A program made the translations under genes and the position numbers. Below the pieces are notes generated by a model. It saw only the letters and a list, made by a program, of their open reading frames with translations, had not been told where the DNA came from and ran no database searches. From Bacteroidales bacterium (GTDB taxonomy: Bacteria > Bacteroidota > Bacteroidia > Bacteroidales > WCHB1-69), in contig JAKSMB010000002.1 in assembly GCA_024400875.1 (NCBI GenBank), forward strand, positions 69,446 to 133,445: a DNA stretch of 64,000 nucleotides, in the 5' to 3' direction. This document shows, piece by piece, positions 19,143 to 28,285 of this stretch (within the stretch, counting starts at the first letter, position 1; the number at the start of each line of letters is the position of its first letter).

Positions 19143-20423
19143 ATGCGCTTGAAATGTTTTCTCCTACTGACGATTATATCGTTATCAACGAGTCTGTTTG
19201 CTCAGGATACTATTCGAATGATGCAATACAATCTGATGTATTATACGGATAACTCGGGTATCTCCGATTGTAATTCATCAACCAATAACCTCGCTAATAA
19301 GGATGAGAATGTCAAGACGATTTTTCAGTATGTGAAGCCGGACGTGTTCTGCGTGTGTGAGATGGGTAGCAATATGACGTATGTCAACCGCTTGTTAAAC
19401 AATGCCATCAATGTGGATGGTGTAGATTACTATCGCAATGGACCGCTGACAAACTATTCGGGCGGCTCGATTGCCAATATGATTTATTATGACTCCAGAA
19501 AGTTGACTTTGTATGACAATTATTATGTAACCACGTCATATAGAGATATAAATGGTTATAAGATGTATTATAATTCCACTGATCTGGAGCACGGTGACAC
19601 GGTGTTTGTTACTTTTTGGATTATGCACTTGAAAGCAGGATCTTCTGACGCAAATGCTGCTGCGCGCTATGTGCAAACCCAGCGTCTGATGAGCCGTCTG
19701 GAGGCAATGGGCGCTCCAGACAACTATGTGGTTTCCGGCGACTTTAACGTGTATGGTGCGTCTGAAAATTGCTACCAAGAGTTGGTTAACTATTCCAATA
19801 GCTTCTACAGATTCTATGATCCGATTGACCGTCCAGGCGAGTGGAACAACAATGGCCAGTTTGCCGACATCCACACTCAGTCAACACACACCGAGTCAAC
19901 GGGTTGTTTCTCCACGGGAGGTATGGACGACCGTTTCGACATCATCTTGGTTTCTCCGTACATCAATTATGGTAGCCAGCGTGTGAAAGTCCTTCCTGAA
20001 ACCTATCACGCACTGGGTCAGGATGGCAATCGCTTTAATAAGTCGATCATATACCCTGCCAACAATTCTATTCCGAGTGCAGTTGCTCAGGCCTTGTATA
20101 ATCAGTCCGATCACCTTCCAGTCATCACAGACTTTGCTATCGAGGCCAGTCCGGTTGGCGTGCAGGAGCGTGCTGCCGACTTTAGCATCAGTGCGGTGAA
20201 TCCGGTTCGCGACAACCTGACGGTTAATGTGCTGACACCTAATGCGGATGTTTACCAATTCCAAGTGTATGCTATGGATGGTCGTCTATTGGCTCAGTAT
20301 GAGGAGGCTTTGGATGGCGGCTGCCATACGGTTCGATTCCCATTCGAATATGCCAAAGGCCTATATGTCCTGAAGGTGACGGATAGCCGTCAGCAACAGC
20401 AAGTTTGGAAGTTGGTAAAATAG
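19143..20423 (+). CDS. Secreted endonuclease/exonuclease/phosphatase (DNase I-like) protein with T9SS CTD
   Basis: YNL, PDVFCVCE, HLKAG, GDFN, DDRFD, SDHLPV; tail NPVRDNL..YAMDGRLL..GLYVLKV..KLVK. -7 box at 19113-19120. Confidence 0.88.
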   Translation: MRLKCFLLLTIISLSTSLFAQDTIRMMQYNLMYYTDNSGISDCNSSTNNLANKDENVKTIFQYVKPDVFCVCEMGSNMTYVNRLLNNAINVDGVDYYRNGPLTNYSGGSIANMIYYDSRKLTLYDNYYVTTSYRDINGYKMYYNSTDLEHGDTVFVTFWIMHLKAGSSDANAAARYVQTQRLMSRLEAMGAPDNYVVSGDFNVYGASENCYQELVNYSNSFYRFYDPIDRPGEWNNNGQFADIHTQSTHTESTGCFSTGGMDDRFDIILVSPYINYGSQRVKVLPETYHALGQDGNRFNKSIIYPANNSIPSAVAQALYNQSDHLPVITDFAIEASPVGVQERAADFSISAVNPVRDNLTVNVLTPNADVYQFQVYAMDGRLLAQYEEALDGGCHTVRFPFEYAKGLYVLKVTDSRQQQQVWKLVK

Positions 20424-20499
20424 GTGTTGGATATCGTAACTATGTATCCAAAAAAAGTTTATCTTTGCGCCCTATTTCAAACCTAAACTTATAAAAAAG

Positions 20500-20886
20500 A
20501 TGGCAACAAAGATTGTAAACCGTTATTCCGATGAAGAATTAGAGGAATTCCGTGTGTTGATTGAAAACAAAATTGCGGAAGCAAAGAAAGCTATGGAAGT
20601 CTATCAGGAGGCCTACTCCGGAGCAGGAAACGATACTGCTGATACGGCTCCAACATTTAAGAATATGGAAGAGGGAAACCAGGTGCTTTCCAAAGAAGAG
20701 AACAGCCGCTTGGCTGGCCGATTGGATAAGTACATCTCCAACTTGGAAGCTGCTCTTGTTCGTATTGAAAATAAGACATACGGCGTGGATCGTATGACAG
20801 GCAAGCTTATTCCAAAGGAGAGACTGAGAATCGTTCCTCACGCAACATTGGATGTTGAATCAAAGTTGAACGAAAAGAGAAAATAG
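20500..20886 (+). CDS. dksA: DksA/TraR-family transcription factor, cysteine-free
   Basis: RYSDEELEEFR, LEAALVRIENKTYG..R.TGKLIPKERL..VPHATL; upstream of lspA; -7 box at 20460-20467. Confidence 0.88.
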   Translation: MATKIVNRYSDEELEEFRVLIENKIAEAKKAMEVYQEAYSGAGNDTADTAPTFKNMEEGNQVLSKEENSRLAGRLDKYISNLEAALVRIENKTYGVDRMTGKLIPKERLRIVPHATLDVESKLNEKRK

Positions 20887-20888
20887 CT

Positions 20889-21530
20889 TTGAAAAAGCAA
20901 ACAAAGTATACGATAATTGCCTGCTGCATTATTGTAGTTGTTCTATTATTGGACCAACTTCTCAAAATCTGGGTTAAGACGAATATGTCCATAGGACAGT
21001 CGATACCTGTATTGGGAAATTGGTTCAATCTTCTTTTTGTTGAGAATGAAGGTATGGCATTTGGCATCAGCTTTGGACAAAATTTGGGTAAGCTGCTGCT
21101 TTCATTGTTTCGTATCATTTTGGTGGGTGGAATTGGCTGGTACCTGTTCCGTCAGATCAAACGCGACAAAATGGATGGCCTCTCCCTTACTGTGTTCAGC
21201 TTGGTGATTGCTGGCGCAATGGGTAATATTATTGATAGTCTTTTCTATGGTATCATCTTTAGTGAAAGCACTCCTTTCACGGTGGCAACGCTGTTTCCCG
21301 ATGGTGGAGGCTATGCCCCAATGCTCTATGGCAAGGTGGTGGATATGTTCTACGTGAAACTGTTTCCTATACCAGAATGGTTCCCGTTGTGGGGAGGACA
21401 GCATTTCTTCCCGGCGATTTTTAACTTCGCCGACGCCTGCGTCACGGTTAGCATTGCGCTGATGATCATCTTCTCAAAGAGAATATTTGGCAATTTGGAA
21501 TTGCAACAAGATGAGGCTACAGAGCAATAG
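20889..21530 (+). CDS. lspA: Lipoprotein signal peptidase II
   Basis: DQLLKIWV, ENEGMAFG, AGAMGNIID, GKVVDMF, IFNFAD; TTG start. Confidence 0.94.
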   Translation: MKKQTKYTIIACCIIVVVLLLDQLLKIWVKTNMSIGQSIPVLGNWFNLLFVENEGMAFGISFGQNLGKLLLSLFRIILVGGIGWYLFRQIKRDKMDGLSLTVFSLVIAGAMGNIIDSLFYGIIFSESTPFTVATLFPDGGGYAPMLYGKVVDMFYVKLFPIPEWFPLWGGQHFFPAIFNFADACVTVSIALMIIFSKRIFGNLELQQDEATEQ

Positions 21531-21563
21531 AATAGATAGAAAATCATTTAAAAATAAAAACTA

Positions 21564-23723
21564 ATGAATCTAGTATCAAAACTTAAAAAGGGCTTGTTGC
21601 TGTCAGCGTTGACAGTATTCTGTGCCACAACATTTGCTATCAACCCTCCTGATGAAGGTATGTGGTTGCCAATGTTCGTTAAGAACTACAATTATGCTAC
21701 AATGCAAAAGTTGGGTCTTCAACTTACACCTGAACAGTTGTATGACATCAACAATTCTTCACTCAAAGACGCTATCGTACAATTAGGCGATGGCTTCTGC
21801 ACCGGCGAAATGGTTTCTCGCGATGGTTTGATGTTTACCAATCACCACTGCGGTTATTCTTCTGTAGTAGAACTCTCTACAGTTGAACACGACTATCTTA
21901 CCAATGGTTTCTTTGCTATGAGCAAAGAGGAAGAACTTCCTGCTAACTTCCACGTTAACTTCTTGGAAAGAATGGAAGACGTTACTTCTATCGTTTTGGC
22001 AGAAGTAAAAGATGATATGAGCGAAGATGCTCGTGAAAAAGCTGTAAACGCTGCTATCAAGAAATTGCAAAAGGAAAATGCTGCCGAAGGCCGTTACAAA
22101 GTAGTGATTAAACCTTTCTATGAAGGTAATGAATATTATATGTTCATCTATACTACTTATGAAGATGTACGCTTGGTATGCGCTCCTCCTGCTGCTATCG
22201 GTAAGTTTGGTGGCGACACCGACAACTGGATGTGGCCTCGTCATACTGGTGACTTCACCGTATTCCGTATCTACACCGCTCCTGATGGTTCTCCAGCTAA
22301 ATATGCTAAGGAAAATGTTCCTTTCCATCCAAAACATTTCTTGCCTATCAGCTTGAAAGGCTATCAACCAGGTGATTATACTATGATTTGGGGTTACCCA
22401 GGAACAACCGAACGTTTCAAAACTTCTTTCGAGGTTGAAAACGCTATCAATATCGATGGCCCAGCTATCTATGAACCACTCGATGTTATCCTTCCAGTTA
22501 TTAATGATGAGATGAATGCTGATGATGCTATTCGTTTGAAATATGCTGACAACTATGCAAGTATGGCTAACAGCTGGAAAAATCAAAAGGGTATGGTAGC
22601 CAGCTTGAAGGCTCTCAAGGTTGTGGAAACAAAGGCTCAACTCGAAAAAGAACTTACCCAATGGATCAACCAAAATGCAGATCGTAAGAACAAATATGGC
22701 AAATGCTTGAACGAAATTCAAGAAATCTGCAAGAGCATAGATGGTAACGCTTACAAAGCAATGATGGATGTAAATATGTCATTGATGACCTCTTCTACTT
22801 TGTTGGCTGCTTGGCGCGTTCGCAATAGCTTGACATTGAAGAAAGGTGAAAAATCTTTCGAAGAAAATAAGATCAATGCTTTGATGGGTGTTTATAAAAA
22901 GCAAGTTGATGATAAAGATATCGCTACTGAAATCAAGATCATCATGGCTACAATGAAGGCTTGGAACAATGTTCCTGAAAGCTACAGACCAGACTTCGCA
23001 GCTATGCTCGCTAAGTTCAAAGGTAGTGAAGCCAACTATATGAAAGCTTTGGAAAATTCAATCTTCATCTCTGAAGAAAAGTTCGAATCATTCCTTAAGA
23101 AACCTTCCAACAAGGTTTTGGAAAGTGATCCTATTTATCTTTACATTCAAGCCCTGACACCTGCACTTCTTCTTAGCCAACACGTTTATGCTGATATGGA
23201 AAAACTGGATGTTCCACGTCGTACATTCTTGGCTGCTTTGAAAGGCATGAAGGCTGACACTCCAATGTATCCAGATGCAAACAGCACTATGCGTACTACT
23301 TTTGGTACCGTATGTGATTACTATCCTGCTGATGGTGTTCATTACAACTACTTCACTACTACAAAGGGTATTCTTCAAAAGGAAATCCCTGGCGACCCAG
23401 AGTTTGATGTTCCTGCTAAGTTGAAGAACCTCATCGAAAGTAAGGACTTCGGTCAATATTTGGATGCTGACGGTACAATGCACGTTTGCTTCTTGTCAAA
23501 CAACGACATTACCGGTGGTAACTCAGGTAGCCCAATTATGAATGCAAACGGCGAACTTATCGGTTTGGCATTCGATGGCAACTGGGAAGCTTTGAGTAGC
23601 GATATCGTATTCAACACTCAATTGCAACGTTGTATCAATGTAGATGCTCGTTATGTATTGTTCATCATCGACAAGTTCGGTGGTCAAGGCTACTTGTTGA
23701 ACGAAATGGATATCAGAAGATAA
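21564..23723 (+). CDS. S46-family dipeptidyl peptidase (DPP7-like)
   Basis: DEGMWLP, TNHHC, DNWMWPRH, TGGNSGSP; FDGNWE (Gly, not the Arg of DPP11). Confidence 0.93.
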   Translation: MNLVSKLKKGLLLSALTVFCATTFAINPPDEGMWLPMFVKNYNYATMQKLGLQLTPEQLYDINNSSLKDAIVQLGDGFCTGEMVSRDGLMFTNHHCGYSSVVELSTVEHDYLTNGFFAMSKEEELPANFHVNFLERMEDVTSIVLAEVKDDMSEDAREKAVNAAIKKLQKENAAEGRYKVVIKPFYEGNEYYMFIYTTYEDVRLVCAPPAAIGKFGGDTDNWMWPRHTGDFTVFRIYTAPDGSPAKYAKENVPFHPKHFLPISLKGYQPGDYTMIWGYPGTTERFKTSFEVENAINIDGPAIYEPLDVILPVINDEMNADDAIRLKYADNYASMANSWKNQKGMVASLKALKVVETKAQLEKELTQWINQNADRKNKYGKCLNEIQEICKSIDGNAYKAMMDVNMSLMTSSTLLAAWRVRNSLTLKKGEKSFEENKINALMGVYKKQVDDKDIATEIKIIMATMKAWNNVPESYRPDFAAMLAKFKGSEANYMKALENSIFISEEKFESFLKKPSNKVLESDPIYLYIQALTPALLLSQHVYADMEKLDVPRRTFLAALKGMKADTPMYPDANSTMRTTFGTVCDYYPADGVHYNYFTTTKGILQKEIPGDPEFDVPAKLKNLIESKDFGQYLDADGTMHVCFLSNNDITGGNSGSPIMNANGELIGLAFDGNWEALSSDIVFNTQLQRCINVDARYVLFIIDKFGGQGYLLNEMDIRR

Positions 23724-23745
23724 TTTCTAAGATATTTACATAAGG

Positions 23746-23776
23746 AAAAAGGACTGCCGAAGGGCGGTCCTTTTTT
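23746..23776. terminator. Bidirectional terminator between the S46 gene and xerD
   Basis: AAAAAGGACTGCC-GAAG-GGCGGTCCTTTTTT. Confidence 0.85.
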
Positions 23777-24656
23777 AGTATCTGGGGTGAAATTGTGCGA
23801 TGTTGCTGCGGATATAATCGCTGTCAAGATGTGTGTAGATCTCGGTGGTGGTGATGCTTTCGTGACCGAGCATCTGCTGCACAGCGCGCAGGTCGGCACC
23901 ACCTTCCACCAGATGGGTGGCAAAGGAGTGCCGGAAAGTATGCGGACTGATGGACTTTTCAACGCCTGCCTCTTTGGCCCATTTTTTTACGAGCATGAAC
24001 ACCATTTCTCGTGTAAGGTGTGACCCTCGACGGTTGAGGAATACGTAGTCCTCTTCCCCTTTTTTGATTTTCAAGGTGGCACGTGCTCCTTCTACATATA
24101 GTTTAACCATCTTCTGAGCTGTGCTGCCAATGGGAACATACCGCTCTTTGTTGCCCTTGCCGACGATCTTTACAAATCCCTCTGTGAAAAACAGGTTGGA
24201 GAGACGAAGGGTTATGAGCTCGCTTACGCGCAATCCACAGCCATAGAGCACCTCTACCATTGCGCGGTTTCGATGCCCCTCAGGTGTGCTGAGGTCGATG
24301 ACGCTGATGATGGCTTCTATCTCTTCGATGGATAGGACGTCAGGAAGGTGCAGACCGATTTTAGGGGCATCCAGTAGCTCTGTTGGATTTTCCGTCAAAA
24401 CGCCGTCGTACAGCAAAAATCGGTAGAAGGCCTTGATGCCGGAGAGTATGCGTGCCTGCGAGCGCGGCGCCACCCCACGTTCATAAATCGCCTTTAAAAA
24501 CGCCTGGCAATCTTCACGGGTGGCTTCCTCCATCTTCTTTTCTTCCAAGAAGGTCTCTAATAAAGCTACATCATGCAAATAGGCCTCTACACTTTTTGGA
24601 GAGAGGCCTTTTTCAAAGATGAGATATTGCTTGAAATGTACGATGAGCGGGTTCAT
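23775..24656 (-). CDS. xerD: Chromosomal tyrosine recombinase XerD
   Basis: [50 protein letters not shown]. Confidence 0.9.
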   Translation of the reverse strand: MNPLIVHFKQYLIFEKGLSPKSVEAYLHDVALLETFLEEKKMEEATREDCQAFLKAIYERGVAPRSQARILSGIKAFYRFLLYDGVLTENPTELLDAPKIGLHLPDVLSIEEIEAIISVIDLSTPEGHRNRAMVEVLYGCGLRVSELITLRLSNLFFTEGFVKIVGKGNKERYVPIGSTAQKMVKLYVEGARATLKIKKGEEDYVFLNRRGSHLTREMVFMLVKKWAKEAGVEKSISPHTFRHSFATHLVEGGADLRAVQQMLGHESITTTEIYTHLDSDYIRSNIAQFHPRY

Positions 24657-25903
24657 CGTATATCCTTTTCGATTTCGATGCGCAACATGTTGAGTGCGGC
24701 TTGCGCTGCACGCTCAACGATTTGCTTCCGTCCGGTGCGGTTGCCAAAGTGAAATTCTTTGGTGACAAGACGGATAGGAGTTGCTACGGCAATCCATACG
24801 GTGCCGACTGGCTTTTCGGCCGTACCACCATCGGGGCCTGCGATGCCCGAAACAGCAATGGTGTAGTCCACATCAAACAATCCCATACAGTTAAGGGCCA
24901 TGTCGCTAACCACTTGTTCGCTAACGGCGCCACGACGCTTGAGATTGTCTTCGCGAACATTCAACAAGTCGCGTTTCACGTCATTGCTATAGGAAACCAA
25001 AGAGCCTTCGAAATAGTTGGAACTGCCAGGAACGGAAGTGATGAGGTGCGCAATGTAGCCTCCAGTGCAACTTTCTGCTGTGGCAATCTTCTTGTTGCCG
25101 TTGGCAAGCAGTCTGCCAATGACTTCTTGTATTTCAATGTCATCGGCTGCAAAGGCGTATTCGCCAGCTACGAACTGCAGTTTCTCGAACTGCTCGTCCA
25201 AAACCTTGTTTAAAGCAACTTCATCTGATCCTTCGCCAGTGAGGCGCAGACGGATGACACCCGGACGTGGCAAATAGGCCAACTTCAAATTAGCAGGTAG
25301 CTGATCTTCATACTCGGTAAGTTTGTCGGACAGGTTGCTTTCGGAGATGCCGGTGCATTGCAATACTCTGTAACGGATGAGGTTACGCTCGTTTTGAGTG
25401 GCCAAAAGACGAGGAAGCACTTCGTCGCGGATGAGCTTCTCCATCTCGAATGGAACGCCTGGTAAGGCGATGAGGATCTTGCCCTCTTCTTCAATCCACA
25501 TACCAGGAGCTGTGCCCAATGGGTTGGTGAGTACCGTGCAACCTTCGGGAACGGCAGCCTGCTGACGGTTGGTCTCAGTGAGCTCCATACCGCGTGCGGC
25601 AAACATGTCTGTGACCTGTTTCAAGGTTTTCTCGTCAATGACTAAATCGCGATGGAAGATGTCGCACAGCACCTTCTTGGTGATGTCGTCGCGGGTAGGA
25701 CCAAGTCCTCCAGTAAGAATCACAACGTTGGTTTTCTGGAAGGCATTTTCAATGGATTGACGGATGATGTCACCATCGTCGCCGATGGTGAGCGTTTCGG
25801 TCATAGGATAGCCGGCAGCAGCCATCTGCTGTCCGATGAATGCGGCGTTGGTGTTGACAACCTGTCCGATTAGGAGCTCGTCTCCAATATTGATGAGTAT
25901 CAT
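24653..25903 (-). CDS. cinA: CinA / NMN deamidase-related competence-damage protein
   Basis: IGDELLIG..VNTN, GGLGPTRDDIT, LPGVPFEM, AESCTGG, SGIAGPDGG. Confidence 0.95.
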   Translation of the reverse strand: MILINIGDELLIGQVVNTNAAFIGQQMAAAGYPMTETLTIGDDGDIIRQSIENAFQKTNVVILTGGLGPTRDDITKKVLCDIFHRDLVIDEKTLKQVTDMFAARGMELTETNRQQAAVPEGCTVLTNPLGTAPGMWIEEEGKILIALPGVPFEMEKLIRDEVLPRLLATQNERNLIRYRVLQCTGISESNLSDKLTEYEDQLPANLKLAYLPRPGVIRLRLTGEGSDEVALNKVLDEQFEKLQFVAGEYAFAADDIEIQEVIGRLLANGNKKIATAESCTGGYIAHLITSVPGSSNYFEGSLVSYSNDVKRDLLNVREDNLKRRGAVSEQVVSDMALNCMGLFDVDYTIAVSGIAGPDGGTAEKPVGTVWIAVATPIRLVTKEFHFGNRTGRKQIVERAAQAALNMLRIEIEKDIR

Positions 25904-26646
25904 TGTTGTTCCTTTCTTTGTTTTATTAATTCCAAAACCTCAACACGTTGTTTCATCTTCTTGAGGTATGGATGGTTAGGGTATTTATTTAATAGCGATT
26001 TTGTGATAGACTGTAGCAGTTCAAAATCCTGTTCTTCGCTGAAGAAACTGCGACGGTTATAGCTTTGGTAGAAGGCTACATAGGAGGCTAAATTGTCGGG
26101 ATGTTTGCGGATGAAATCAGTGAGAAAGTCTTTGTGATTGTTCAATAATTTAATGTAATCGTTCTCAATGCTTTCCCGAATGGAATCATTTTCGATGTTG
26201 TCTTCATATACGGAGTACAACGCATTGGTGGGTTGTACGAAAGCTGCTAACGCACTGTCGAGCTGTCCCATAAGTTCGGCCTCTTTGCTTCCGCTAACAC
26301 GGTATGTTCCGGAAGTGCTCTTGGCATCAGCCTTGATGACAATGTGGTCGCCACCCTGCGCCAAGGTGGTTAAAGTGTTGTCGTAGGAAAAAAGGATCTG
26401 ATAGAGCATGGGGGTGCTTAAACGGGCTTTCTCCATATCGTTGTTGCCCTGGACTGTAAATCGGAAGTGACCATCTTTCAGTGTGGTTGAATCTATGATG
26501 ATGTGGTCGTCTTCGGTGATGACTGCTAATCTGATCTTGGCTTGAGGGGCTTGTGTGAAGTCACCCTCGAGGATCAACTGGTTTTGCTTTTTGGTGCAGG
26601 AAACCAGGAGTGCGCAGAGTAATAGCAAGTATGTAATATGTTTCAT
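25900..26646 (-). CDS. DUF4369-like lipoprotein with no thioredoxin domain
   Basis: Lipobox LVSC; IDSTTLKDGHFRF, YRVSGS, helical region FIRKHPDNLAS, LLNKYPNHPY; ends where a TlpA domain usually starts. Confidence 0.7.
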   Translation of the reverse strand: MKHITYLLLLCALLVSCTKKQNQLILEGDFTQAPQAKIRLAVITEDDHIIIDSTTLKDGHFRFTVQGNNDMEKARLSTPMLYQILFSYDNTLTTLAQGGDHIVIKADAKSTSGTYRVSGSKEAELMGQLDSALAAFVQPTNALYSVYEDNIENDSIRESIENDYIKLLNNHKDFLTDFIRKHPDNLASYVAFYQSYNRRSFFSEEQDFELLQSITKSLLNKYPNHPYLKKMKQRVEVLELIKQRKEQQ

Positions 26647-26647
26647 A

Positions 26648-26833
26648 TTAGTCGGTTAGATGGTATGCATAGTTGGCCTCGTCGGTAGTTTGGCAAGGTG
26701 TGGTGTTGGGTTGCGAAAGATTTTCGCAACCGCAATGTCGGTCACGACGATGCGGGGTGGCTCCGTTTATTTTCGGAGAGCAGGATGCTAACAAGATGGC
26801 ACAGATGCCTAATAACCAGATGTATTTTTTCAT
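26648..26833 (-). CDS. Small lipoprotein with HRRDRHCGC motif
   Basis: MKKYIWLLGICAILLASC lipobox; TACTTTTG box at 26851-26858; stop 1 bp before the next ATG. Confidence 0.68.
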   Translation of the reverse strand: MKKYIWLLGICAILLASCSPKINGATPHRRDRHCGCENLSQPNTTPCQTTDEANYAYHLTD

Positions 26834-26850
26834 ATGCATATAATAGGCTG

Positions 26851-26907
26851 CAAAAGTACAAAATGTATGGGACATACCCGCCTCTTGGATTTCTTTTTGT
26901 ACTTTTG
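26851..26907. promoter_or_regulatory. Divergent -7 boxes (both TACTTTTG)
   Basis: On - at 26851-26858 and on + at 26900-26907. Confidence 0.65.
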
Positions 26908-26924
26908 CCGCCCTTGTTTTATTT

Positions 26925-28280
26925 GTGATGAAAGTTAAGATAATCTATATATTTACACTCTTATTGATGTTTTTGATGGTTACGCCTGCTTCGGCGCAGC
27001 ATCATAAAAATAAACGCAAACAGGATCAGGAGTCTTATAACGGATGCCCGTTGATTGACTCCATCATTGATTTTTCTAAAACTAAGCTTGGATGTGCCTA
27101 TCGCTCTGGCGGAACAGGTCCTAACTCTTTTGACTGTTCAGGTTTTATGTACTATATTTTTGGACATTTTAACATCCAGCTGGGTCGTAGTTCTCGCGAT
27201 CAGATTTTAATGGGGCAGAAGGTGGAACGCAACGATATTCGTCCCGGCGATCTGGTGTTTTGGTATCGTGGCAAGGGCTATGTGGGGCACGCAGGAATGG
27301 TTGTGGAAGTGGATAGTAATCACAATTTCAAGTTCATACATTCGGCTACGCACGGTAAGGGCGTGCGTTATGATTACTCTACCAGTAATTGGTACACGTC
27401 AACCTATGCGGGGGCACGTCGTATCATCGATTGCGACTGCAACGGCCAGGCTTACCTGGTGAAGGCCGATGGCCGTTCGTCTACGGAGGTGGCTATCCAA
27501 ACTCGCCCGGAACCTGTTGATACAACGGCAAAAGCACAAACCGCTCGTCCGGAAGTGTCGAAACAGGAGGTGGTAACGGAAGTCCAGCAGAAGACAATCT
27601 ATCATAAAGTTAAAAAAGGTGAAACGCTCTCTACTATCGCTCGCAAGTACCACGTCTCTGTTAGTCAGCTTAAACAATGGAATCATCTGCGCTCCGATAT
27701 GATTCGCGATGGCGTGAAGTTGAAGATCATCAAGAAGGAAAAGCAGCAGGTGAACGTGCAGACTGAGCCAGTTGCTACACCTGCGAAACCTACTGCAGCA
27801 ACCGTTGATACATTGAAGAAACAGGAATCAAAGGTGGAGACGTCCAAAGCAGAGATTCCTGCTGCTCCAACAACGCAGACGATTTATCATAAAATCAAGC
27901 AAGGGGAAACGCTGTCGTCCATAGCTCGTAAGTATCACGTTACAGTGGATCAGATAAAACGTTGGAATAATTTAAAATCGGATATGATTCGAGAGGATCA
28001 GAAATTGAAGATCGTGAAAACCGAGTCCAGACCAGTGGACACTAATGTGCCTGCAACACAGTCTGCTACTTCTGTTCAAAAAGCAACGACTGAATCCAAG
28101 TCGGAAACTGCTAAACCAGCGCCTGCAGCGCAAAAGGTGACCTACCACAAGATTAAAAAGGGAGAAACGTTGTCTACCATTGCAAGTAAGTACCACGTTA
28201 CGGTTAACCAGATTAAACAATGGAATCATTTGAAATCGGATATGATTCGCGAAGATGCTACTTTGAAAATTATTAAATAA
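26925..28280 (+). CDS. NlpC/P60 peptidoglycan endopeptidase with three LysM domains
   Basis: Signal peptide, FDCSGF, PGDLVF, GHAGM, FIHS; three YHK.K.GETLS.IA.KYHV.V..K.WN.L.SDMI repeats. Confidence 0.93.
   Translation: MMKVKIIYIFTLLLMFLMVTPASAQHHKNKRKQDQESYNGCPLIDSIIDFSKTKLGCAYRSGGTGPNSFDCSGFMYYIFGHFNIQLGRSSRDQILMGQKVERNDIRPGDLVFWYRGKGYVGHAGMVVEVDSNHNFKFIHSATHGKGVRYDYSTSNWYTSTYAGARRIIDCDCNGQAYLVKADGRSSTEVAIQTRPEPVDTTAKAQTARPEVSKQEVVTEVQQKTIYHKVKKGETLSTIARKYHVSVSQLKQWNHLRSDMIRDGVKLKIIKKEKQQVNVQTEPVATPAKPTAATVDTLKKQESKVETSKAEIPAAPTTQTIYHKIKQGETLSSIARKYHVTVDQIKRWNNLKSDMIREDQKLKIVKTESRPVDTNVPATQSATSVQKATTESKSETAKPAPAAQKVTYHKIKKGETLSTIASKYHVTVNQIKQWNHLKSDMIREDATLKIIK
27594..28277 (+). repeat. 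Three intragenic LysM-coding repeats
   Basis: Related copies starting near 27594, 27879 and 28137, separated by Pro/Ala/Thr/Lys-rich linkers. Confidence 0.85.
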
Positions 28281-28285
28281 CTACT

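Noticed and set aside
23775-24656. Tyrosine recombinase as a possible mobile-element integrase
   Set aside because: Size and motifs match housekeeping XerD, it is coupled to cinA, and there is no cargo or att-like repeat nearby.
27594-28277. Repeated DNA units as a CRISPR array or DGR template/variable repeats
   Set aside because: They are in-frame LysM domains diverged mostly at synonymous sites; no cas or reverse transcriptase gene is present.
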